A DNA stretch of 64,000 bases. Source: Yuukianura sp. NJ FZ-2021 (taxonomy: Eukaryota). Below are positions 50,901 to 62,119 of this stretch, piece by piece; position 1 is the first letter of the stretch, and every line of letters starts with the position of its first letter. The position numbers and the translations under genes were made by a program. The DNA is taken from NCBI GenBank assembly GCA_046563655.1, contig CM102283.1:7626001-7690000 (forward strand), given 5' to 3'. A model generated the notes under the pieces. It saw only the letters and a list, made by a program, of their open reading frames with translations. It was not told the DNA's origin and made no database searches.

Positions 50901-52383
50901 TAAGAAAATTTATTAGTGCATTGTTTAAAATGGAAAACTACTTGTAGTACTTGACAGTATTTCACAACTTCTTGAATTTCTTTGTAATAGTTGGGAGTGG
51001 GTCAAGCACTAATCCATGGCTGTACGGCAGTTTTACGACGTAAATTTTCAGCGAAAGCATACTGGGCAGATTGTGATCGATACAAATGCACGGTATATGA
51101 TCTTCTTAACACTTTTCATTCTTCTGCTATCTTTGCAAGTTGCTTTTTAGCAATAACTAACTGGAAACTTGACTAATTCAATTTGGTGGGTTCTGGGTGT
51201 TGTAGGCTGCGCAGTACATTGGAGAAATTTGTCGCTACTTGCTATCTCAACCGCCTAGTCCCGAAGACACTAAGCACCGCGTGAGACTCATGTTTGGAAA
51301 TGGCCTCCGTCCACAAATCTGGAAAGAATTTGCCAAGCGATTCAAAATTAAAATTATCTCTGAGTTTTATGGAGCCACTGAAGGAAACTGCAATATTGGT
51401 AAGCTCAATTTAGATTTCCAGATTTTGGGAAAGTGAATCTAATTTTTGATTTGGTTTTTGTTTTTCAGTAAATATTGACAATCATGTGGGTGCTGTGGGA
51501 TTCATCTCCCGTATTATGCCATTCATTTATCCTGTGACGCTGATCAAAGTAGATGAAGTAACTGGAGAACCAATCAGAGATCCGAGAACTGGACTTGTAA
51601 TTAGATGCCGTCCAAATGAAGACGGAGAGTTAGTAGGAAGAATTGTAGACAATCATCCTGTCAGAGAGTTTCAAGGGTAAGTGAATTTGAAATTTTAAAA
51701 ATTGAATATGAAAAATTCTGAAAATGCTTCTTTTGAATTTTTGTAATTGAGTTTCTTTTTTTTTCCTGCAGATACGCCGATTCCACTGCAACTAACAAGA
51801 AAATTGTTCACAACGTGTTTCGGAAAGGAGATGCTGCTTTCCGAACTGGTGATATGTTGATGATGGATCAGTTTGGCTACTTCTACTTCAAGGATCGAAC
51901 TGGGGACACTTATCGATGGAAGGGAGAAAATGTGTCGACGTCTGAGGTGGAAGCAGTAGTAAGTACTGCCTGCAATCTCAGAGATGCTGTCGTCTATGGT
52001 GTTGAAATTCCTGGTTCGGAGGGAAGAGCCGGAATGGCAGCCATTTTAGACCCGCAGGAGTCACTAGATTTTGAAAAATTTACGCATCTAATTTCAAAAT
52101 CACTTCCCTCCTATGCGAGACCAGTATTTGTTAGGATAGTGAAGCAATTGGACATGACAGGTAAGTAGTTCAACAGTTCAAGTAACATTTTTTTTATTGA
52201 TATGCGTCGCTTTAACTCTGTTTTCTATTAGGAACGTACAAAATGAAGAAAGTTGATTTACAAAAAGAAGGATTTGACGTGACGAGAGTAACAGACAAGA
52301 TTTATGTTTTCTCCAATGGAAAATATGTTCTTCTAGACCAAGAACTCTACTCAAAAGTGACCGCAGGTCAACTAAGAGTTTGA
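41999..52383 (+). CDS. Fatp: Long-chain fatty acid transport protein / very-long-chain acyl-CoA synthetase (SLC27A1/4-like)
   Basis: AMP-binding [50 protein letters not shown] and FATP signature [31 protein letters not shown]. Upstream exons 41999-42045, 46952-47354 and 48860-49034 splice in frame. Stop at 52381-52383. Confidence 0.95.
42209..43052. repeat. 262-bp direct repeats (42209-42470 and 42791-43052) flanking a ~320-bp insert in Fatp intron 1
   Basis: Near-identical copies running from tccaaagta.attgtcgatagtccacctcc to aaacgtaaacttaatagttatt. Confidence 0.95.
42471..42780 (+). mobile_element. Probable non-autonomous Helitron-like element
   Basis: Ends in a perfect 20-bp palindrome aaagcgattataatcgcttt (42745-42764), 12 nt, then CTAG followed by T, which is the Helitron 3' signature. 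Internal repeated gattataatc/gattaatc. The 5' A|TC end is not clearly seen. Confidence 0.55.
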
Positions 52384-53789
52384 GTAAACTGCTCATTGAC
52401 AGTTGCAAAAGCGGGAACGTCTGAGACTTAAGAAAAGAAGAGTCCAGTACTTGCTAATTTGTTTATTTTCAATTAATCCAATACTTAATAGCATCTCGTC
52501 CTCATCCAAGTTACGTTTTGTATATGACTGATTTAAACTTAACATCCTAAGTTCTCCCTTGCATCTTTTCGGTTATGTATATTTTGGTTTTGCTAAATGA
52601 TATGATATAAGGTACTGCGTTAGTCAATCAGAAATCAATATTATGTAAACCACTCCTGTTTCTGGAGCGTGGTATCTAAATTACTAATTTGTTGCACTTT
52701 GCACTCTGCTCAATAAGCAATCAATGCGTCTAGGTCGTATGATGTACCGCGGCTTTTCGGCAGTGCCTCTCTTGAACTTAAAATTATGGAATTGTGATGG
52801 AAGAAATTAAGATGTGACATTAGCGGTTTGTTAAAAGGCTTCAGACTTTAAGTTAAACTAAATAAGAGATTTATGATAAGGCTCTATTAGAAGCAGTGCA
52901 AAATGTTGTAATGATGACCCACAAAAAGAGTATTCAATTGAAATTATTATATGAATCAACAATAAAAGTTGAATAATTGTTTTGTAGCTTTTAGTTAAGA
53001 AATTAATGTTTTGGTTGCCAAAGGTTCATCGGTGAAGGAACAAGAGGGCATATATGCCAATTTCAACATCGAGAAACCCAGTGACCTGATTGAAGCAGAA
53101 AAAATCCATGACTTCAAGCTGTTTTTGTGGGTGAGTGATTTTAATTTCATAATTTTTTGTGCCTTTTGTTTAGTGTTACATCTGCTTTTTTTTAGGCAGT
53201 GGGACAAAAAAATTCAAGGTCCGTGACGAGCCTTTGGCCATCATCGGCATCATTGAAAGACAAAAGTTGTATCCTGTTTAGGTTTCGTGAAATTAGCATT
53301 GCTTGTCCGAAAACTTTTTATAGATCTTTCCTTATCCAGCTTTTAATAGAAAAAAATTTCCAAGAGACCTAAGTGGTCACTTTTTTGGAACACGCTAATA
53401 TTTTACAAACTTTTTGCGTGGAGCGTTGCAGACGTTTTAGTTTGAGGTGGACACGGTGAGACTTGATACAGTATTTGTAAATTCTATTTGGAACAGTACT
53501 TTGTATTGGCAAAAATACATTTTTTTTTCTAGGTATGGCAGCGATTTGGTCGTATCTTATCTTAGCCACTAATTCCAACTTGACATTTTATTTTAGCATA
53601 GGTTTTGTCTTGAAATTGTGTTGAGAACTAGCGTGTCCAACTGGATTTGATAAGGCGCGTGTGAGTGGTATTGATTTTTGTTAATTCTGTGTTTGTATAA
53701 TGGTTTTTTCAGATTGGATTCAAAGTAAACTCAAGAGGAACAAAACTCAAGTTTTAAAAACACCGGAGAAAGTGCAAGGTCAGCAGAAA

Positions 53790-54237
53790 ATGACGCACGG
53801 AAGAAAGGTCAAAGTTGTGTAAGTTCATAATGTTTAGTTTAACTTTTAAGTTGATAGATTTGAGCAAAGCTAATTGTTGTTTTTTTTTTTACCTTAGACT
53901 TCGGTTTCACCAAGATGTCACTGACATAATCACTTATCTGGAACTGAACATGGAAAACAAGCCAGCGTGGGTTCTGGAAATTACTGGACTGGATGAAGCA
54001 GAGCGTGACGTTCTGCATTTGAAGTATGACCGTCTAAGACGTCCAAATGAGGAATGGGTCACAGGGGTCACTGCTCTCTATGACATTCATGATGGAGACG
54101 TCACTGAATTCCATGACGTGACGCCATTCTTTGACGTTCTACGTGACTTCAACTACAAACCAAGTGCCAACAATCCTCTGCCGAATACTGCTGGTTTCCA
54201 GCCAAAGGAAGTACGGGAATGGAATTTCAGCAAGTGA
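53790..54237 (+). CDS. Hypothetical protein of at least ~120 aa; may extend into upstream exons at 53000-53790
   Basis: MTHGRKVKVV|LRFHQDVTDIITYLELNMENKPAWVLEITGLDEAERDVLHLKYDRL...WNFSK*. GTAAGT/TTAG intron in frame and coding-like composition. Confidence 0.55.
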
Positions 54238-54415
54238 TGTTTTGCCAAAATACGTTTTCATTCACAAAGGAACAAAGTAAGTATATTTTTTGTCATTCTC
54301 ATTTCTATATTTTATTTTAAAAAATATCCATTATTGCTGAGCTGTCCTATGTTGGACATTTTCAGGATATTTCCAGTGTGGTGTGGTTCTGGAATTTGGA
54401 TATTTTTCAATTTTA

Positions 54416-56018
54416 CTACATTGAGGCACGAGCCACATAGGATCGATCAATGTCTCTCAAATCCGCCACACCTACAAAGTCAATAAGACATTCAAGATAC
54501 AGTTAATCATAGTTAATGTAGTAATTTCAAAATGTATACCACAAAGTGCCATAGTTAAGTCCAGTTCTTCGCGCAAAATTTCATGGATCTTGCGCGCTCC
54601 AGCTTCCCCTCCAACCGTTAGACCCCAAAGAAATGGCCGTGCAGCAAAAACCTAAAAAGCATATTTTTAAAATCAAAACTATAAAGAATTTTTTAAACAT
54701 TTTAAAAACAAGTTCTGTTTTACCATATTTGCTCCCAGCGCAAGCGCTTTAAAAATTGCTGACCCAGTGTATACACCGCCATCAAAATAAACTTCACAGC
54801 GCCCGCGTACTTCTTGAACAATTTCTTCGAGGACGTCGATCTAAGAAATTTTTATAGTAAAAACAGCCAAATGAAACTCTTATCTTGTTTTGTTTCACTT
54901 ACGGTTGAACTGACAGTGTCACATTGTCTCCCGCCATGATTTGAAACAAAGACAGCAGCAACGCCATGTTCAACTGCTATTCGAGCATCTTCCGCAGTCA
55001 TAATACCTTTGACTATGATTGGCAGTCGCGTGATGCTTTTGAGCCAATCAACGTCTTTCCATGTAAGACTTTGGTCCATCAAATTTTCTATGTAGTCCTT
55101 AGACGCTGAGCCACCACTGGACTTTCCCTGTCCAACACTATTTTCACTTCCTTCTTCAAAGTTGGCCATTCTACATAAATTAAGGAAGTTAGCGCTTGAT
55201 TTGGTCGATCGCTGGTTTATAAGCGATTAGGCTAACGATAAGTGCTAACTTGAGGTGTTTTGGTAAGACAAATTTGTTGCGAATGTTTGCACGATGTTTG
55301 CCAAACCGTGGTGCGTCAACGGTGAGCACCAAAGCTTCGAATCCAGCAGCTTCAGCACGCCGAACAAATCCTTTGGAAACTTCTCTGAAATTTTATAACG
55401 GTACGTGGAAATTTTTTGAATTTTTGAATTTCTAGATTTAAGTACTGACCTGTCTTTGTATACATAAAGTTGAAACCATTTCCGCCCTCTTGGGGAAGCA
55501 GCAGCAACTGCTTCCAGTGCTGTGGTAGAAAATGTGGCTAGGATGTATATGGTGTTCATAGATTCTGCAGCTAAACATTTAAAAAAAAAGAAGTTTATGA
55601 GTTAGAGTTTTTGAAATTTGGAATGGATTTCGGTTTATATACCTCGTGCGTTTCCACATTCGCCATCTTCGTGTGCCACTTTTTGCATGGCGGATGGCGA
55701 AACGCCAAGCGGATATGCAACTGGCTTCCCAAGGACCAAAGTAGCAAGGTTTCTGGACGAAACGTCTCTGAGCACGCGTGGACGGATGTTCCATCTTTAA
55801 AAAAATATTTGTATACTTTGAATATTTTATATTTTGACGCCAAGTATTGTTGATCTTTTGACCTCGTTTTAGTCTTTAAGGTACCTGTTAAATGCATTTT
55901 TGTTATCCCGCAGCGTTTGTTCTGAATCAGCTCCGCTTTTGAAGATATCCAGTGTGCTTTGATTCAGCATCTGATGAGCCCGTTGTTCAAAATCTTCGAC
56001 ACAAACCAACTTGTCCAT
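54416..56018 (-). CDS. HAO: FMN-dependent 2-hydroxyacid oxidase (HAO/glycolate oxidase family), divergent copy
   Basis: [59 protein letters not shown]. Ends ARASM*. Confidence 0.93.
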
Positions 56019-56497
56019 AGTTTATTCTGTTTTAAAACTTGGAAATCAATTGATGAAACGTTGCTACTGGAGTACTATTTTTATGTTGGTGGCCTTACTG
56101 CGCCTTAGACCCGTCTTTTCTAGAACTGACTAATTATATCCCAGCCACTTAAATACTTGTACATAGAGGACGAACTGCAGAAGTGTGAGGATAACCCACT
56201 TAAATCTAGTGGTCCATGGGGTGTACACGCATGCGCTGTGCTAGGGTTTTGGAAAGCTATAATAACCTGTGGTTGCAATCTTATCAATATCACTGTTTGT
56301 CGACATTGTTGACCTCTGGAGTGACCTAAATTCTAAAAAGAGGAACCCCCGAGTTCTCCGAATGTTAAAAAATAGCATCAGGTAGTATGAGCCTGAGTTA
56401 GTGAAAAGGCGGATTGTTTAATGTGCTATATTGGACATTTTAAAGATATTTCCAGTGTGGTCGGAATCCTCTGCTGGATTTTGGATATTTTTCAGGT

Positions 56498-58096
56498 TTA
56501 CAACATTGAGGCACGAGCCACATAGGATCGATCAATGTCTCTCACATCCGCCACACCTACAAAGTTAATAAGACAATCGAGATAGAGTTAGTTAATTTAG
56601 TAATTTCGAAATGTATACCACAGAGTGTCATAGTTAAGTCCAGTTCTTCACGCAAAATTTCATGAATCTTGCGCGCTCCAGCTTCTCCTCCAACAGTTAA
56701 ACCCCATAGAAAAGGCCGTCCAGCGAAAACCTAACATGAGGTTTTTTTAAATCAAAATTATGAAGAATTCTAAAAATATGTTTTAAGAGAAGTTCCAGTT
56801 TACCATGTTTGCTCCCAGCGCAAGCGCTTTAAAAATTGCTGACCCAGTGTATACGCCCCCGTCTAAGTACACTTCACAGCGCCCTCTAACTTCTTGAACA
56901 ATTTCTTCCAAGACGTCGATCTAAGAAATTTTAATAGTAAGAACAGGCTTTTTGAAACTTTTGTCTTAATTTGTTTCACTTACGGTTGAACTGACAGTGT
57001 CACATTGTCTGCCGCCATGATTTGAAACAAAGACAGCAGCAACGCCGTGATCAATTGCCATTCGAGCGTCTTCGGCAGTCATAACCCCTTTGACTATGAT
57101 TGGCAGTCGCGTGATACTTTTGAGCCAATCAAAGTCTTTCCACGTAAGACTTTGGTCCATCAATTTCTCTACGTAGTCATTAAGCGCTGAACCACCAGTG
57201 GACTTTCCCAGTCCAACACTATTTTCGCTTCCTTCTTCAAAGTTGGCCATTCTACATGAATGGAGGAAATTAACGCATGAGCATTAGCTTGATTACTGCT
57301 TTGTAAACGATTTGGCTAAAAATAAGTGCTAACTTGAGGTGTTTTGGTAAGACAAATCTGTTGCGTATGTTTGCACGACGTTTGCCAAACCGTGGTGCGT
57401 CGACGGTGAGGACCAAGGCTTCAAATCCAGCAGCTTCAGCACGCCGAACAAGTCCTTTGGAAACTTCTCTGAAATTTTGAAACGGTACGTTGAAATGTTT
57501 TGAATTTTTAAATTTCGAAATTTAACTACTGACCTATCGTTGTATACGTAAAGTTGAAACCATTTCCTTCCTTTCGGGGAAGCAGCAGCAACTGCTTCCA
57601 GTGCTGTCGTAGAAATTGTGGATAGTATGTATATGGTGTTCATAGATTCTGCAGCTAAAAATTTTAAACAAAAACGGAAATTTTGTGTTAGAGTTTTTGA
57701 AATTTGGAATGGGATTTCCCTACCTCGCGCGTTCCCACATTCGCCATCTTCGTGTGCCAATTTTTGCATGGCGGATGGCGAAACGCCAATCGGAGCTGCA
57801 ACTGGCTTCCCAAGGACCAAAGTAGCAAGGTTTCTGGACGAAACGTCTCTAAGTACGCGGGGACGGATGTTCCATCTAAAAAAAATTGTACTTTATTTTG
57901 TGTTCTGAAGTCAAGTAATTGTTGACCTTTTGTCCTCGCGTTAGTTTTTAACGTTTTTGTACCGGTAAAATGCATTTCTGTTATCCCGCAGTGTTTCTTC
58001 TGAATCAGCTCCGCTTTTGTAGTAGTCCAGCGTGTTTTGATTCAGCATCTGATGTGCCTGTTTTTCAAAATCTTCCACACAAACCAACTTGTCCAT
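56498..58096 (-). CDS. HAO1: FMN-dependent 2-hydroxyacid oxidase (HAO1-like), canonical copy
   Basis: Same exon structure as the downstream copy. [34 protein letters not shown]. Ends ARASML*. Confidence 0.93.
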
Positions 58097-58981
58097 TGTT
58101 TCTGTTTTAAAACTTGGAAATCAATTGATAATTGATGAAACCTTGCTCCTGGAGTACTATTCTTATGTTAGTTGTCTTACTGCGCCTTTAGAACCGTCTT
58201 TTCTTTGTAAACTGGCCTGATGATTTCCAAATCGCTTAAGTATTAGTACACAGAAAACAGCAGAAGCGCCTGTGAGGATGACCCACTTAAAATCTAGTTG
58301 TGGTCCGTGGTGTATGCGCGGTGGCGGTGCTAGGATCTTTTGGAAAGCTATAATGAGTTGCGGCTGAAATCTTATCACTGTTTGTTTTGACCTTATAACC
58401 TTTGGATGAACCTAAATTCTAAATTGGTTGAGGAAGAGGAATAACAGTCGAGTTTTAAAAAATGGCATCAAGTATGTGTATGAGCATGTATTAGTAGAAC
58501 GGCTTGTTTAATAGAGCTTAACTTTTAATTTATATTAATCTACTGCTTGTATCTCTCCAACTAGGCTCGGTTTAATAATAAGTGTCACGTAAATTCAAAA
58601 TACATAAAATATTTTATGTTAACAAGAATGTTAACAAGAATTACTTAATTTATTGTATGATGAAGCTTTCACCCAGCAGCATAAATGTTGGGGACACGGA
58701 CAATAGGATAAGAGAGGAGACGCTATTTAGTCACGCGGGAGGGGGGCGGCTAAAATTCAAACTTCAAATTTTTTCTTTACGGTTTTCTTTCCTCTCATTC
58801 GCTTTCGCTAATTTATAATTGCTGTTCGTTCATTGAAGAATTTTCCTTGCTTGCTTGCTCGCGGTGGAAGAAGTTCGTGGGATCGGCTTACTCCGATCTT
58901 GAAAATTTTTAGTTGCACCCGAATTCCGTCGCTGGACGTTTCACCTCTTACCTCAACGCTAGGAACTTCGTCACTTGCAAA

Positions 58982-59607
58982 ATGGCAAAAGCTATCGCTT
59001 CGCTCCAGAGCCAAATCCCTGCGCTAATCAACTGTAAGTATCAGCTGGCAAGTACACTTGTAAACTACGGTTTAGTTAATAAGTCGTTACTAAACGAGTC
59101 GTTGGTATATTCGGTAATGGGTCGGTAATGTACCTGCCAAGGTCAAGGTAACTGTTGTAACAGTTAGGAGTTCGTGTTCAACCGATGCAAAAGTCTAATT
59201 CGATGGTTATGATTATGGATTTTAGGCAATGATTCGGTTCATTTCGTTTTTCAGATACTATCCGAGAAGGTAAACCTCGATTTGCTACTTTTATGAAGTA
59301 TGCTAAAGTCGAATTGGCACCTCCAACCCCGGGAGATATTCCGAAAGCCATCGGCGGAATCAGGGATATCATGTCATCTTTTAGAACTGGAAGATACAAG
59401 CAGCTCACAGTAAAGGTAGTCTTTATTAGATTTACTTATCTTATGGATCGGGTGAGGCAATGTTCTGAATAAGTTAATTTTTACCATGGTTTTCCTTTTC
59501 AATTTCAGGAGGCTTGGCTGAACACGTTGGTAGCGGCGGAGGTTGGATTTTGGTTCTTCATCGGTGAATGCATCGGGAAACGACACCTTATTGGATATAA
59601 GGTGTAA
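58982..59607 (+). CDS. ATP5MG: Mitochondrial ATP synthase subunit g
   Basis: Three exons: MAKAIASLQSQIPALIN|YTIREGKPRFATFMKYAKVELAPPTPGDIP...YKQLTVK|EAWLNTLVAAEVGFWFFIGECIGKRHLIGYKV*. Confidence 0.97.
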
Positions 59608-60765
59608 AATCAAGTTGAAACTTACAGTTTGAAAAGTCAGTCCATCATCACTACCATGTACAATAGCAGTCGCCGCTCATTTCAAGTTGAATACTGAAAT
59701 CTGGATAATATAACCAATTGGTGTAGTCGAAACATTAAGTAAATTGAATACATTCGTCTGCTGAAGTTAAGTCTACACATAATGTAGCGAGCACAACGCC
59801 TGATAACTAGCAAATTCTAATTCTAGGGACAAATGACAAATGGAGTCTTATGTTATTTTAGTAGTTATACTTATACTTTATTAATTTGGCAGTGCTTAGT
59901 TTAGTTAGTATTGCGGAAACCAGAGATGGAGACGTTATGTAGCATAAAGTATCCTGCAAGAACACCAAATACGAACTGTCCACAGATTTAGTCAAATATA
60001 TTTAGCATTTGTTGGCTTAATTCATAGGTTGATGAAGTATTGCACATTACCGGGATTACGGAGCCTCATCATTTTTGTATCATTCGGTGAGATTTAAGAA
60101 TCTCTACTTGCATTTTGCATACAAAGTCCACCGTCTCAATTTTCTCTCGGACTAGGACTCGGAGTCGAAGTTTAGCATTGAGTTTTTATCTGTGAACCTG
60201 TGGACCATCTTCACTGTGTGTGTGTCTCTGTCTCATTCTCTTTTCGTTTGCATTTGCTGTTTGAGCCTTCCGTCGTTCCGTCTATGTGAGTCTCCCTCTT
60301 TGTTATTCTGTCATCTCAATTGAACTTTGTGTTTTGATTTTTGTTTATAATCGTTTAAAACCACTGTTTACATCTTTGCAGGAGCTATAAATTGAAATCC
60401 CTGGCCTTCTCAACAGTCCATTGTTTGCTGTCGTTTGTGTGACAGGATCCGACGTGACCTTTCTCTTGCGGTGCGGTTTCTTTAGCTTTTGATCTCTTTG
60501 CCGGAAGGTAATGTTATGGAATTGTTTAATGATCAACGTATTTTATCGAATCAAAACCAAACACTTATCTAGGGAACAATTAATCATTTGTCTATTTCTG
60601 TTAGTTAGTACTTGCGACAATCGGTTTTGTCAAATTCATAAACAGCTGATGCTGCAGAGCTGAACATTTGGGAAAAATTGACCTTGCCCCTTGCGAATTT
60701 CCTATCTTATATTTTATTAGTACATCAATTGTTATTCTTTTTATTATGTTAGCACCGGAAACGAA

Positions 60766-61755
60766 ATGTCGGACAAGAAGAGGTCTAAGAGTTCCTCCAA
60801 GAAAAAGAGCGTGCAAAAAGAAGATGAGTACGTTGTTGAAGCCATCTTGAAGAAGCGAATAGAAGGAGGGCAAGCGGAGTACTTGGTCAAATGGAAAGAT
60901 TGGCCCCAGTAAGCATTTGTGGATAGTTTTATACACTAGGTGTTCAACTGTGCCTTTCTGTTAAATGAGAACTTTGCCTATTTTTTAAAGCTCTTCAAAT
61001 ACATGGGAACCTGTTGGAAACCTTACTGGATGTCCGGAGATGCTGGAAGCCTTCGAAAGAAAACAATCAGCCCAAAATGATTCTGAAGACGGATCTGTCA
61101 GAGGAGGACCTAAAAAGAAACCAAAACTGTCCAGCACGAAGAAGGAGACGGACAGTTCCTGTTACGATTCGGACGTAGAGAATGACACCATAGCAAAATC
61201 CAACTCAATTGTAAACTCTGAATTTCATACTAGCCAAAAGTACCTGGATAAAGAGTCTATACTATTCCATTGTTTGCTCATTATTGCTTTCTTCTTTTGT
61301 AGGATGTGGACGTCCTGGAAGAATGCCCAAAGGATAGAGTGCCAGAAGAGCTTCTCGGGGTTGTTCCGATCAACAAAATCATGACGTACCTCGTCAAATG
61401 GAAACCTCGACCTCGAAGCGGCGGAAGCGCTCCTGTTGAGGATGACATGAATCTCGTCAAGGGTGACGTCTTCAAAGAATACTTTCCGCAAATTGTCATC
61501 ACTTTCTACGAGAAGCACATCATTTGGGCTCGCGATGATCGAGCAAAACAAGACTTCATCAAGGATGCCATGCTGGAATTGGACAAGAGCAAGACTAAAA
61601 AACCCGATGCTTCAGTGTTCCCTCAAACGACTCCGCACATCAAAATCAACAAAACTCTTGCAAATCCTGCGGATATGTCATCAAGTGGCGAGGAATCGGA
61701 ACATGATTCTGACGACGGTTCAACCATGGAAGTTGATCCCACTGTCAGTGCATAG
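60766..61755 (+). CDS. HP1/CBX-family protein (chromodomain, hinge, chromoshadow domain, long acidic tail)
   Basis: EYVVEAILKKRIEGGQAEYLVKWKDWP|HSSNTWEP..NL.GCPEMLEAFE. Shadow domain PEELLG...YLVKWK...PQIVITFYEKHIIW. Confidence 0.9.
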
Positions 61756-62119
61756 TTCTTACATGGATCACATCTATTATAATACTAAATACGAATTCCT
61801 CGGTTTAAGTATTCTCTTCTAATAGACTTTTACATTGGAATTAATATTTTTGGTAAGTCTTTAGTTGCGACGTTATTATCTACAGTCTGTGTAAAGTACA
61901 GTCATAGGAATCACAAGTTAAGCGCAGCAGTTTTGAAAAATGAATTTACCTTTGGCAGTTGCCTTCACCAGCGTCTTGGAGCCTGCCATTATTATAAACT
62001 ACATCCATAGGATAACTTTTGGCGCAATAAATTGACTAGTGCAGCATATTAGAAAGCTTTAAACCAATGTTACTTGCTAGATAAACGGTATTTGCGAAAA
62101 TTCTTCATCGTTTTTTTTT

